Assembly (NCBI GenBank): GCA_963821525.1
Contig: CAWGED010000019.1
Location: 608,001-672,000, forward strand
Direction of reading: 5' to 3'
Length of the DNA: 64,000 bases
Source of the DNA: an uncultured Gemmatimonadales bacterium
Lineage (GTDB): Bacteria > Gemmatimonadota > Gemmatimonadetes > Gemmatimonadales > GWC2-71-9
The notes below the pieces were generated by a model. The model had not been told where the DNA came from and did no database searches. It worked only from the letters and a program-made list of their open reading frames with translations. This document shows, piece after piece, positions 35,289 to 46,206 of the stretch. The position numbers and the translations under genes are program-made. Positions within the stretch are counted from its first letter, which is position 1. Every line of letters begins with the position of its first letter.

Positions 35289-35816
35289 ATGTCCCACCGC
35301 AACGAGATTGACACGCTTCGAGCCGCCTGGAACGCAGAGGCGGAGAGCACAATCCGCGTACTCGAAGCACTCCCGAGCGACCAGTACGACTTCCGACCCG
35401 ACCCCAAAGGCCGCTCCATCGGAGAGCTGGCGTGGCACTTGAGCGAAATTGACGCCTGCTTGAGCTTCGGGATCGCTGAGCATCGATTCCGTCTCGAAGA
35501 CGAACCCCCGAACCTCAAACGCCCGCGGGAAATCAAGCTCCTGGCTCCCGGGTTTCGCCGGATCCACGAGGAGGCCGTGGCCCGCCTCGCGAACCTCAGC
35601 AACGAGCAGCTTGATGAGCCGGTCACCTACTTCGACGGGCAGCAGCTGACCGTGCGTGACGTGCTCTGGACCCAGCTCCTGCATCATCTGATCCACCATC
35701 GCGGGCAGCTCGTCTTGCTCTGCCGGCAGTCTGGCGGCACACCGCCGGGGCTGTTCGGTCCGAATCGGGAAGAGATGGAGGCGATACGAGCCCGGATGGA
35801 AGCCGTAAAGTCATGA
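35289..35816 (+). CDS. DinB family protein
   Basis: RSIGELAWHL and HHLIHHRGQL. GGAGG RBS. Confidence 0.88.
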   Translation: MSHRNEIDTLRAAWNAEAESTIRVLEALPSDQYDFRPDPKGRSIGELAWHLSEIDACLSFGIAEHRFRLEDEPPNLKRPREIKLLAPGFRRIHEEAVARLANLSNEQLDEPVTYFDGQQLTVRDVLWTQLLHHLIHHRGQLVLLCRQSGGTPPGLFGPNREEMEAIRARMEAVKS

Positions 35817-35859
35817 CCGGATTGCTGGCTCGCCATCGGCGATCTCGCTAGAATCCGGC

Positions 35860-36300
35860 ATGGACTGGTTCATCAAGGCGTTCATCCGAGCTTCCCTGCT
35901 CTGGTTTGCCGCGGGCATCGTGCTGGGGCTGGCCATGGCCATTCATCCCGCCTGGGTCGTGTACCGTCCCGCCCACGCGCACATGAACGTGGCGGGGTTT
36001 CTCACCTTCCTTGTCTTTGGTGTAGGGTACCAGCTCCTCCCTCGTCTCTTTGGGGCACCGCTCTACAGCCGGCGAATGGCCATCGCCCATTTGTACCTCG
36101 CCAACCTCGGCTTGGCAGGCTTGGTCTTTGGTTTTCTGACCCCGAGGCTGGGCGGCTGGCCGCAGGCAGTCGGCGGGAGCCTCTACGCCCTGGGCGCCTT
36201 GCTTTGGGTAGGCAACCTCTGGCGGACATTCAACACGGCTGACGCCCGACAGCGCATGCGGGAACAGTCGGGGCAGCAGCTCCCCACCGTGGATCAGTAG
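35860..36300 (+). CDS. 4TM membrane protein with HAH motif (heme-copper oxidase subunit I-like fragment family)
   Basis: AHAHMNVAGF...GVGYQLLPR and four hydrophobic helices. Confidence 0.7.
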   Translation: MDWFIKAFIRASLLWFAAGIVLGLAMAIHPAWVVYRPAHAHMNVAGFLTFLVFGVGYQLLPRLFGAPLYSRRMAIAHLYLANLGLAGLVFGFLTPRLGGWPQAVGGSLYALGALLWVGNLWRTFNTADARQRMREQSGQQLPTVDQ

Positions 36301-36334
36301 GTGGATCCCCGCACCCGGCCTTCCAAGGACTAGC

Positions 36335-38985
36335 ATGGACGTCCCGGACCGGGTGCGCCAAGCCCTCGCCGATCGCTATACCGTCGTCCGTGAGATCGGC
36401 CGCGGTGGCATGGCGGTGGTCTACCTCGCGCAGGATCTCCGCCACAACCGCCCCGTGGCACTGAAAATTCTCCTCGCCGACGAAGCCTCCCCGCACGCTC
36501 CCGAGCGTTTTCAGCGGGAGATCTTCTTCGCCGCACGACTGCAGCATCCTCACATTCTGACTGTGTTCGATTCGGGCGAGCTCGGCGGCACCGAAGGTGG
36601 TGCGCGGCAGCTCTGGTACACCATGCCGTTCGTCGAGGGGGAGGCGCTGCGCGAACGGATGCACCGGATGGGCAAGATTCCGGTGGAGGAGGCTCTCCGG
36701 ATTACCGGCGAGGCCGCGTTGGCACTCGACTACGCCCATCAGCAGGGTGTCGTCCACCGCGACATCAAACCGGAGAATGTCCTGCTCACCCGCGATGGCC
36801 TGACCCTCGTCGCCGATTTCGGCATCGCCCGAGCCCTCGACGCCGAAGACAATCTGACTCGCACCGGAATCACCATCGGTTCTCCCCTCTACATGAGTCC
36901 GGAGCAAACCGATGGCCGTGAAATAGACCCCCGAGCCGACCAGTATGCTCTCGCGTCGGTGCTTGTTCGAGATGCTGTCTGGTGAACCGCCCTTCACCGG
37001 CCAGACCCTCCATGCGGTCGTGGCCAAGCGGATCGCCGACCCGACACCGAGCGTCACGACCTTGAACCCGGAAGTCCCAGCCGCGGTTGACGACGCGATC
37101 CAAAGGGCGCTGGCACCCGAGCCGAATGACCGCTTCGTCACTATTGCAGAATTCGCCCGGGCGCTGCACGGGCCGTCGCGGCCATTCGCGGCAAGAGCTC
37201 GACGTGAGTCCGTCTCGGATGGTCCGGTCCGGCGCCGTCCAGTGTCCGGTGTGCTCCTGGCGCTGCTGTTGGGAATTCTCATCGGCGGTGGAGCACTGTT
37301 TGCCTGGCGCCGAATCGCCGGCCGTGCCGAGCGCACCAAGGTCATCGCCGTGCTCCCCTTCGAGAATCTGGGAGACTCGGCCGATGCCTACTTCGCCGAC
37401 GGTGTCGCCGACGAGGTCCGGACCAAGCTGGCCCAGGTAGGAGAGCTCGAGGTGATCGCCCGCGGCAGCTCGATCGAGTACGAGCATCCCACCAGCGGAC
37501 CCACCGAAATTGCGCAGGAACTGGGCGCCGACTACCTGCTCACCGGTACGGTGCGGTGGGAAAAGGGTGCTGGAACCAATCGGGTGCGGGTTACTCCCGA
37601 GCTGGTCGAAGCGCGCCAAGGCAAGGCGGCACGCACCCGCTGGGTGCAGCAATTCGATGCCTCACTCACCGACGTCTTTCAGGTCCAGGCCGACATCGCG
37701 ACCAAGGTGGCCAATGCGATGGGAGTCGTCCTAGGCGACAGCTCCCGACGCGAGCTCATGGCCAAGCCGACCGAGAACCTTGCCGCGTACGACGAGTTCC
37801 TGAAGGGGGAGGCGCCGCCGGCGTGATGAAGAACGATCAGGCGAGTCTCCGGCAGGCGATCACTTTCTACGAAAGTGCGGTGGCGCTCGACTCCACCTTC
37901 GTCCAGGCCTGGAGCCAACTGTCCCGGGCGCGGAGCTCACTCTATTCCAACGGCGTTCCGGTGCCGGAACTGGGCGAGCAGGCCCGGGTCGCGGCGGAGC
38001 GCGCCCGCCAGCTCAAGTCGAAGGATCCCTCGGTCTATCTCGCGACCGGCGACTACTACGGTAGCGTCAACCCGATCGACAACGAGCAGGCGGTCGCCGC
38101 ATACGAAGAGGGACTCCGGCTGGCACCCGACAACGTGGACCTCCTGGGTGCCGCGGCGATCACGGAAACCAGCCTGGGACGCTGGGACGGAGCGGCATCG
38201 CGTCTCGCCCGCGCCACACTCCTGGATCCGCGCTCGGCGAACACCTTCCGCCGGCTTCGCTCGTCCAAGCCTTTCTGCGGAATTACCCGGCCGCGGATTC
38301 CGCCGCCGACCGCGCGATCGCACTGGCGCCCACCAATCCTACCATTGTTCGGTGAAGGTGATGATCGCGCTGGCTCGCGGCGATCTGGACAGCGCCCGCG
38401 CAGTGGTCAGGAGGACCGAGATTACAGATCGATCCCGGAACGCTGTTGCCCTTCATGGCCTTACTACCAGGATCTCTACTGGGTGCTGGACGACGAACAG
38501 CAACGACAGGTACTCGCGGCGTCACCCAATTGCATTCGACAATGACCGGGCTGGCTGGGGCATCGTGCGGGCCGAGATCTACCATCTCCGCGGGGACCGT
38601 GCCCACGCGAGCGATCTACGCCGACTCGGCCCGACTGGCGTTCCTGGAGCAGACTCGGTCGGACCCGGACGACGGGCAGCGCAGGGTCCTGCTGGGACTC
38701 CCGCTCGCCTATCTGGGACGGAAGGCACGATGCGGTGCGCGAGGGGCTTGCCGGCGTAAAGCTCATGCCGATCAGCCAGGAGGGCTTTCCGGGCCCTACG
38801 TCCAACTCCAGCTGGTGCGGATCTATCTCCTGGTGGGGGAGCCGGAGAAGGCGTTGGACCAGCTGGAGCCGCTGCTCAAGGTGCCGTTCTACCTGTCGCC
38901 GGGGTGGCTCAGGATCGATCCGACGTTCGATCCGGTGCGGAAGAACCCGAGGTTTCAGGCCTTAGTGGCGAGTGGGAAGGACTGA
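36335..38985 (+). CDS. Ser/Thr kinase + TM + TolB-N-like + TPR (multiple frameshifts)
   Basis: HRDIKPEN, DFG, GSPLYMSPE, IAVLPFENLGDSADAYFADG, and C-terminal LRIDPTFDPVRKNPRFQAL. Confidence 0.85.
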
Positions 38986-39090
38986 GGACTGGGCTTACGC
39001 GGCACCCTTTTCACCGAATGCATTCTGGGTAGGTTCCTCTTGTTGTCCCGCAGTAACGTCACCGCATACCCAAAAGGCCTGGAGGTCCCT

Positions 39091-39294
39091 ATGGCCGTCG
39101 CCAAGATAACGGAGATTAGTTCCTCATCGTCAAAGAGTTTCGAGGACGCGATCAACGCCGGCATTGCGCGGGCCGAAAAGACCCTGCGCAATCTCACCGG
39201 AGCATGGATCAAGAGTCAGAAGGTCGTGATCGTCAAGGGAAAGATCACGGAGTACCGCGTGTTGCTGAAGGTCACTTTCGTGCTGACGGACTAG
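39091..39294 (+). CDS. Dodecin family flavin-binding protein
   Basis: SSSKSFEDAINAGIARAEKTLRNL...EYRVLLKVTFVL, 67 aa. Confidence 0.92.
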   Translation: MAVAKITEISSSSSKSFEDAINAGIARAEKTLRNLTGAWIKSQKVVIVKGKITEYRVLLKVTFVLTD

Positions 39295-39326
39295 TGCGGA
39301 CCTGGCTCTGGCCACCTCGCTGGTAC

Positions 39327-39707
39327 TCAGCCGAGGATCCCTCCCAGCGCAAAGGAGAGGAGCAGGAGGAGGAGGACCAGCGAGGTGATCAGGGCGTAAG
39401 TGCGGTCTCGCTCTGCCACGAAGGCGAAGATCGACACGAGGACCCGGGCGAGCGGCGTCGCGATGAGGATGAGGAGTCCCAACGCCACGATCGCGTGGCC
39501 CTGGAGCGCTGCGGCGTCGCGGAGAACGTCCCCCACCGTGCGGGGCACGGCCGCGCCCGGATGGGTCAGTCTGTCCAGGTCCCCCGGAGTGACCAGGTAG
39601 CTCGGGTGGTGCGCGAAGGTGACCAGGATCCCCACCAGAATGAATCCGATACTGGCGAGGACACCGATCCGCAGAACGTTGCTGATCGCCCGCTCTACGT
39701 TCTTCAC
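39327..39707 (-). CDS. DUF1634-like membrane protein
   Basis: ISNVLRIGV...GLLILIATPLARV. The GTG start overlaps the upstream TGA. Confidence 0.8.
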   Translation of the reverse strand: MKNVERAISNVLRIGVLASIGFILVGILVTFAHHPSYLVTPGDLDRLTHPGAAVPRTVGDVLRDAAALQGHAIVALGLLILIATPLARVLVSIFAFVAERDRTYALITSLVLLLLLLSFALGGILG

Positions 39708-40544
39708 GTCCTCGCCCCCTTCAGCAGCATCTGCACCGAGACCCAAATCAGCAGAAGCACGAACACAATTCTGATGCTCCGGCTCTCGAGACGACCCAGG
39801 AGCCGAACCCCTACCTGAGCGCCCAAGCAGGACTCCGACCGCCACCGGCCCGGCGACGAAAGGATCGATGTCGCCTCGCATGAAGTAGACTCCGGCGCTC
39901 GCCGCGGCCGTGACCCCGATCATGAAATTGCTGGTTGCCGCAGAGACCTTGAGGGGAAGTCCCATCGCCAGGTCCATCGCCGGCACCTTCAGCGCACCCG
40001 ACCCGATCCCCAGCAGGCCACTCACGATGCCGGCCACGTACATGAGGCCCAGTCCGATCCGGGTCCCCGAGACCCGGTAAGGAATCTCCCGGGACAACGC
40101 CTCATCGTAGTAGCTGCTGTGGAGACGGAGCCAATCGGCCCAAGGCGCGCGCCGCGCCGGCCGGCTGTCGTCATGCCCGAGTTTGCGGAACATCATGATG
40201 GCGGAGTACGCCATCACCACCCCGAAGATGATGTAGAGCGTCTTGCTGCCCACGCGCCCCGCGAGGTAGGCGCCGGTCATGGCACCGGTCGTGGTGGCCA
40301 GCTCGAGCACCATGGCAACCCGAAGATTGGTCAGCCGGTCCCGCACGTAGGTAACGGCCGCTCCGCTCGAGGTGGCGATCACCGATACGATGGAGGCGCC
40401 GATCGCATAGCGGATGTCCACGTGGAACCAAAGCGTGAGCGCAGGAATGATCAGAAGCCCACCGCCAAGCCCAAGCAGGGCGCCGAGGGTCCCGGCGACA
40501 ACCGAGACCACGAACGCGAGAAGGACGAAGAGGAGCGGGGTCAT
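39704..40544 (-). CDS. Sulfite exporter TauE/SafE (TSUP) family protein (frameshift near 39815)
   Basis: GALLGLGGG, SGLLGIGSG and ATSNFMIGVTAA. The alternate frame ends MLLKGART*. Confidence 0.88.
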
Positions 40545-40582
40545 GGGGGTGAAGAATGGGGGGAAAGAGGGATCAGTGCAAA

Positions 40583-40646
40583 GGACTGTGGACTGAGGAC
40601 TGAGTACCTTCCTCGTTCTCAGTCTCAGTCCTCAGTCCTCAGTCCT
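40583..40646. repeat. Inverted heptamer arrays (GGACTGA)n / (TCAGTCC)n
   Basis: ggactgtggactgaggactgag ... ctcagtctcagtcctcagtcctcagtcct. Confidence 0.8.
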
Positions 40647-40664
40647 TCAACCTCGACCCTCCGC

Positions 40665-41117
40665 ATGCCCGGCCTCCAAGACCTCATCGCCAAAGACGCC
40701 GTCCTCGACACCATCAATCGCCTCTTCATCGGCACCGATTCCCGTGACTGGGCCATGGTGCGCGATGCCCTGGCCCCGAGGCTTCACGTGGACATGACCT
40801 CGCTTGCCGGAGGCCAGGCGGCGGAAATGACCGGCGCTGACCTGGCCGCGGCATGGGAGACGGGATTGAAGCCCATTCAAGCGGTCCATCACCAGACCGG
40901 TAATTGCCGGGTCAACGTTCTGGGCGATGAAGCCGAGGCGTTCTGCTACGGAACGGCAACGCACTACCGGCCGACAAAGAGCGGACGGAATGTCCGGACC
41001 TTCGTGGGCAGCTATGACTTTCGGCTGGCCAAGCTTGAAGGGAGATGGAGGATTACCAGTTTTCGCTTCAATCTCAAATACGTGGATGGCAACCTTGAGT
41101 TAGAGAAGGCTGAGTAG
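40665..41117 (+). CDS. SnoaL-like / NTF2 family protein
   Basis: D.RDW...HHQTGN...GSYDFRL...WRI. Confidence 0.85.
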   Translation: MPGLQDLIAKDAVLDTINRLFIGTDSRDWAMVRDALAPRLHVDMTSLAGGQAAEMTGADLAAAWETGLKPIQAVHHQTGNCRVNVLGDEAEAFCYGTATHYRPTKSGRNVRTFVGSYDFRLAKLEGRWRITSFRFNLKYVDGNLELEKAE

Positions 41118-41178
41118 TTCCCTGTTCCCTGTTCCCTGCTCACCGTTCACCGTTCACCGTTCACCGCTCACCGCTCAC
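41117..41178. repeat. Compound heptamer array (GTTCCCT)3 + (GTTCACC/GCTCACC)6 between convergent genes
   Basis: Read directly from sequence; overlaps the pgl 3' end. Confidence 0.85.
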
Positions 41179-41925
41179 ATTCAGCTCGGCCGCGGCCTCC
41201 CGATCCACCAGCCAGCGCACTCTCTTCGACCCACGAGCGATGACCCCCGCTGGCGAGAGCTCCCGTTCGGCCCTCTCATGCAAGACTTGATTCAGACGAG
41301 CAGCCTTACTGGTCCCCGAAACGAGGAAGACGACCTCTCGACTCCGGGTGATGAAGGCAGGCGTGAGAGTAACGCGCCACGCCCCAAGGGCCGCGATCGG
41401 TTCCGCCAGGGCCCAGCGGACTTTCTCATGCACGGCGGCCTGCCCTGGGAATAACGAGGCGGTGTGCCCATCCTCCCCCAGACCCAACAGGATGAGATCG
41501 AGACCATCGCTGAGCCCGAAGCTCTCGTGAAGCGAATCCTCGTAGGCGGCTGCGGCATCCACCGGCGGGTCCTCTCCCCGAATCCGGTGGACTTGGTTCG
41601 GGGGTACGGGAACCTTATCGAGCAGCGACTCCTTCGCCATTCGATAGTTGCTCTGTGGGTCATCGGGCGGCACGCACCGCTCATCTCCCCACCAGACGTG
41701 CACCGACTCCCAGTTGACCTGGCTTGCGAATTGGGGGGTAGCGAGCATCTGGTACGCCGCTCGCGGGGTCGAACCGCCGGCGAGGGCAACCGTAAACCGC
41801 TTACGGTTTTTGCCGGCAACGATGGCCGCGCGCACGAAACGTTCGGCGACTCGCCGCGCCAGATCCTGCGGATCATGCAGGATCTCGACTCCCTTCACCC
41901 CGCCTCCGGTCAGCCCCTCGTCCAA
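41161..41925 (-). CDS. pgl: 6-phosphogluconolactonase
   Basis: ALAGGSTP, WGDERCVP...SNY and LGLGEDGHTASLFPG. Confidence 0.95.
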   Translation of the reverse strand: MDEGLTGGGVKGVEILHDPQDLARRVAERFVRAAIVAGKNRKRFTVALAGGSTPRAAYQMLATPQFASQVNWESVHVWWGDERCVPPDDPQSNYRMAKESLLDKVPVPPNQVHRIRGEDPPVDAAAAYEDSLHESFGLSDGLDLILLGLGEDGHTASLFPGQAAVHEKVRWALAEPIAALGAWRVTLTPAFITRSREVVFLVSGTSKAARLNQVLHERAERELSPAGVIARGSKRVRWLVDREAAAELNVSGER

Positions 41926-42635
41926 TGACTTGTGCCCGCCTCCCCTGCAACGATCAGATCGGTCGCGAGGCCAAGGAACAGGCCATGTTCGACGATCCCG
42001 CCACGGGCCGCAAGCAACCCCGCGAGCTCGGCGGGACGCAGCAGCGGGCCGAAGTCCGCATCGAGGATCAGATTCCCGTGGTCGCTGTGGAACGGCTCAC
42101 CCCGCTCGTCCTGCCGGAGTGCGACCCGCGCACCCAGCCCTTCGAGATAATCGGCCTGAGAATGCCAGCAGAAGGGAAGCACTTCAACCGGTAGGGGATG
42201 CCGGGTGCCGAGGTGGGGAGAGAGTTTGCCCTCGTCCACCACGATGATTTCCCGGCGACTGACCTGGGCGAGGACCTTTTCCCGGAGCAGCGCCCCTCCC
42301 CCACCCTTGATCAGGTTGAGTTCGGGATCTACTTCGTCGGCGCCGTCGATCGTGAGGTCGATGCTGATTGGATGCTCCGCCGGGTCGAGCATCGGGATGC
42401 CCAGGCGGCGGGCCAGTGCCGCCGTCGCCCTGGAGGATGGAACACAGCGCACACCGCGGAGCAGACCGCTCTCGAGCAGCGTGCCGATGCGGTGCACGGC
42501 CAACGAAGCGGTGCGACCCGTCCCCAGCCCGACGACCATGCTGGAATCCACGAACTCGACGGCGCGCTCCGCGGCCGCTCGCCGATAACGCTGGACGAGT
42601 TCCGTGGCACCTTCCGACAACACCCGTCGGGTCAT
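41910..42635 (-). CDS. rpiA: Ribose-5-phosphate isomerase A
   Basis: GLGTG, IDGADEVD and IKGGGGALLREK. Confidence 0.96.
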   Translation of the reverse strand: MTRRVLSEGATELVQRYRRAAAERAVEFVDSSMVVGLGTGRTASLAVHRIGTLLESGLLRGVRCVPSSRATAALARRLGIPMLDPAEHPISIDLTIDGADEVDPELNLIKGGGGALLREKVLAQVSRREIIVVDEGKLSPHLGTRHPLPVEVLPFCWHSQADYLEGLGARVALRQDERGEPFHSDHGNLILDADFGPLLRPAELAGLLAARGGIVEHGLFLGLATDLIVAGEAGTSHWTRG

Positions 42636-43732
42636 GAGTGAGCCGGTCCCGCCGCCCCTTCCAGTGCATGAGCTTTGGAGTCGATCCGTCCCAGGAGCTC
42701 ATTCCAGGAGGCCGTGAACGCCTCGATGCCTTCCTGTTGCAGCCTCTCCGCCAGCGCGCCGATGTCGACTCCAATCTCCTCGAACCGATCCAGCACCGTC
42801 TCGGCATTCTCGTTGCTCCGCGACAGGACTTGCTCGACTCGACCGTGCTGGGCGAAGGCCTTGAGTGTCGCATCGGGCATGGTGGTGATCGTCTCCGGTG
42901 CGACCAGCGCCTGGACGTACAGGACGTCCGAGGCACCGGGATCCTTGGTCCCGGTGCTGGCCCACAGCAGCCGCTGGGTCCTGGCACCGGCGGCTGCCAG
43001 CCTGAGCCAACGAGGCGAATCGAGCAGCTCGCGGTAGGCCCGGTAGGTACTCATCGCGACGGCGATGCCCAGCCGGTCGTGCAACTCCGGCGGGGCTTGT
43101 TTCGCCACCGCCTGGTCCCAGCGGCTCACGAACAACGATGCCACTGAAGGGACCCGCGGGCTCAGACCCGCTTCGACCCGCCGCTCGATACCCCTGATGT
43201 AGGCCTTCGCCGAGGCGAGATACTGCTCCCGGGAAAAGAGCAGCGTGACGTTGATCGGAATACCGGCGAAGATGGACTCCTCGATCGCAGGAACTCCTTC
43301 CGGTGTTCCGGGGATCTTGATGAAGAAGTTGGGCCGGTTGGCATGATCGTGGAGAAATGCCACTCGTTCCACGGTCTTCTTCGTATCCCGCGCCAGCAGG
43401 GGGGAAACCTCCATCGAAACCCAGCCATCTTCGCCAGCCGAAGCCTCGAAGGTCGGCTGGAAGAGATCGGCGGCATTACGGAGATCTTCGAAGGCAAGCT
43501 CGAGGAAGAGGGCCTCGCCCAGGACCCGTCTCCTCGCGTTCAGCTGGATCGCGGCGTCGTAGGCACTGGTCTCTCCGATGGCGTGATCGAAGATGGTGGG
43601 GTTCGAGGTGAGTCCGGTGACCGAGAAATCGTGGATGTAGCGCCGCAGCGTCCCGCTGGTGATCAAATCGCGGGTGATGTTGTCGAGCCAGATCCGCTGC
43701 CCAAGTTCATTCAAGAGTTGAGTCTGTTTCAT
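42632..43732 (-). CDS. tal: Transaldolase
   Basis: WLDNI, GLTSNPTIF, IKIPGT, NVTLLFS and LWASTGTK. Confidence 0.95.
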   Translation of the reverse strand: MKQTQLLNELGQRIWLDNITRDLITSGTLRRYIHDFSVTGLTSNPTIFDHAIGETSAYDAAIQLNARRRVLGEALFLELAFEDLRNAADLFQPTFEASAGEDGWVSMEVSPLLARDTKKTVERVAFLHDHANRPNFFIKIPGTPEGVPAIEESIFAGIPINVTLLFSREQYLASAKAYIRGIERRVEAGLSPRVPSVASLFVSRWDQAVAKQAPPELHDRLGIAVAMSTYRAYRELLDSPRWLRLAAAGARTQRLLWASTGTKDPGASDVLYVQALVAPETITTMPDATLKAFAQHGRVEQVLSRSNENAETVLDRFEEIGVDIGALAERLQQEGIEAFTASWNELLGRIDSKAHALEGAAGPAHS

Positions 43733-43791
43733 GTATGTCCTCCAATCCGCAGCCGCAGCGGGTGAACGCTCCGGGCCGAGGAACCCTGTGG

Positions 43792-45175
43792 TCATTCACA
43801 CCCGCAACGCGCGTCCGGATTGTGCCAGCCACCTCCGTCCATCAGGCGATTGGCCTCCTCCGGTCCCCAGCTTCCGGCGCCGTAGCGAACCGGCGGCGCC
43901 CCGGTACCCAGCACCGGGTCCACCACCCGCCACGCCGCCTCGATCATGTCCTCCCGGGCGAAGAGCATCTGGTCGCCCCGCATCGCGTCGCCCAGGAGTC
44001 GCTCGTAGGGGCGAATCTCGTCCCCATTCTCGTGACAGGCGACAAGACTCACGTCCTCTCCCACCATCGCTTCTCCCGGGCGTTTGGCCCGCGCACCCAA
44101 GCTCGAGGACGACGTGGGGACTCAGGCGGAATCGGATATGGTTGGGAGCGCCTGAGGAGACATCGATGAAAAGCAGGTGCGGGGGGTATTTGAGCTCCAC
44201 CAGGACTTCGGTCGCGGTGACCGGCAGGCACTTCCCGGTCCGGATATAGAAAGGAACGCCGGCCCAGCGCCAGCAGTCGAAGTGCAGCCGAAGCGCCGCG
44301 AACGTCTCCACTTCCGAATCGGGAGCGACGCCCTGCTCGCAGCGGTAGGTCTCGTATTGCCCCCGAACCACTTCTGAGGGATCCAGCGGCCGCATGGTCT
44401 TCACCGCCTGAGCCTTCGCGTCGCGGACCGCTTCCGGATCGCGACCGGCGGGCGGCTCCATGGCGAGCAGTGCCGCAATCTGGATCAGGTGATTCTGCAC
44501 CACGTCGCGCACCGCGCCGGCTTCTTCGTAGAAACGGCCTCGTCCCCTGATGCCGAAGTGCTCCGCCATCGTGATCTGCACCCGCTCTACGTAATTGCGG
44601 TTCCAGATCGGCTCGAGAAACGAGTTCGCGAAGCGGAAGTACATCAGGTTCAGCACCGGCTCCTTCCCCAGGTAGTGATCGATCCGGAAGATCGCGTCGT
44701 CGGGAAAAAACTCCTGCAGCGTTGCGTTGAGGCTCCTGGCACTCTCCAGGTCCCGGCCGAAGGGCTTCTCGACGATCAACCGGCCACCTTGAGCGTCACC
44801 CGACTTGGCGAGTCCCTCCGCGACGGTGCGAAACAGGCTGGGCGGGATCGCGAGGTAGAAGAGCGGGTGCTTCGCACTGCCCAGTGCCCCCCGCAGCCGG
44901 TCGTACGTCCCCGGGTCCTGATACTCTCCTTCGACGTAGCGAAGCAGCTCGGCAAGTTTGGCGAAGGCCCCCTCGTCCACCTTGCCGTGATGCTCCAGAC
45001 TCTCCCGCGCCCGGGCCTTCAGCCGATCGGCGGTCCAGCCGGAGCGCGCCACGCCCAGGATCGGCACGTCCAGGTGGTCCCTTCGGACCATGTCATATAG
45101 TGCGGGAAAGATCTGCTGGTAGGCGAGGTCTCCGGTCACACCGAAGAGAACCAGGGCGTCCGAGCGAGGCATCAT
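43792..45175 (-). CDS. zwf: Glucose-6-phosphate 1-dehydrogenase (frameshift near 44100)
   Basis: [22 protein letters not shown] and RDVVQNH. The C-terminal PYERLL lies in ORF 43792..44100. Confidence 0.95.
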
Positions 45176-46197
45176 GGCTGATGGCCCGGCCCTTTCTCGA
45201 CGTGGCCTCCGAATTGGAACCGCATCGCCGACAGCAATTGATCGGCGAACTCCGCCCCCTCGCGTGAGCTGAAACGCTGGAACAGCGCCGCGCTCAAGAC
45301 GTGAGCCGGGACCCCTTCATCAACCGCGGCAGCCAGCGTCCAGCGACCCTCACCCGAATCGGAGACTCGACCGCTGAAGCCGGCAAGCTCGGAATCTCGG
45401 TACAGCGCCTGTGCGGTGAGATCGAGCAGCCATGACGCAATCACACTCCCCCGCCGCCACACCTCGGCGATCTCCGCCAGGTTGAACTCGTAGCGGTACA
45501 GCTCGGGTTGCTTGAGCGGTGTCGTCTCCGCGTCGGCGCTCCGCTCCTGCATTCCGAGGTCGGCATGACGGAGCACATTGAAGCCCTCCGCGTAGGATGC
45601 CATCAGGCCGTATTCGATCCCGTTATGCACCATCTTAACGAAGTGTCCCGCTCCAGCGGGCCCGCAGTGCAGATAGCCCAGCTCGGCCCGATGCGGAGCA
45701 CCATGGCGCTCTGGTGACCGTGAGGCCGCGTCGAGGCCGGGAGCCAGCGCCGCGAAGATGGGATCCAGTAATTCGACAGTCTGGTCTTCCCCTCCGATCA
45801 TCAGGCAGTAGCCCCGTTCGAGCCCGCGTATCCCGCCGCTGGTGCCCACATCCAGGTAGTGCACACCTCGCGGGCGGAGTTCCGCGGCACGCCGGATGTC
45901 TTCGGGGTAATGGGTGTTCCCTCCGTCGATGATGAGGTCGCCCGAGGAGAGCAGTGGAGCGAGATGGGTGATCTGGTCATCCACCAGGGCGGCGGGAAGC
46001 ATCAACCAGACCGGGCGGGGCGGCTTGAGCTGATTCACGAGAGACGCCAGGGAATCGGCCTCAACGGCGCCTTCCTTTGCCAGGCCGGAGCGGGCTTCCG
46101 GCTTCACATCGTACACGACGCAGTGGTGTCCAGCCCGGAGCAGGCGCCGCACCATGTTGGCACCCATCCGTCCCAAACCGATCATGCCCAGCTCCAT
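45172..46197 (-). CDS. gnd: 6-phosphogluconate dehydrogenase (decarboxylating, short type)
   Basis: [32 protein letters not shown] and FGGH. Confidence 0.95.
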   Translation of the reverse strand: MELGMIGLGRMGANMVRRLLRAGHHCVVYDVKPEARSGLAKEGAVEADSLASLVNQLKPPRPVWLMLPAALVDDQITHLAPLLSSGDLIIDGGNTHYPEDIRRAAELRPRGVHYLDVGTSGGIRGLERGYCLMIGGEDQTVELLDPIFAALAPGLDAASRSPERHGAPHRAELGYLHCGPAGAGHFVKMVHNGIEYGLMASYAEGFNVLRHADLGMQERSADAETTPLKQPELYRYEFNLAEIAEVWRRGSVIASWLLDLTAQALYRDSELAGFSGRVSDSGEGRWTLAAAVDEGVPAHVLSAALFQRFSSREGAEFADQLLSAMRFQFGGHVEKGPGHQP

Positions 46198-46206
46198 TGG
46201 CAGCTC

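Noticed and set aside
39327..40544. TauE/SafE-DUF1634 fusion ORF (405 aa)
   Set aside because: The alternate frame gives a normal TSUP ending with a GTGA overlap at 39704-39707; the fusion arises from an indel near 39815.
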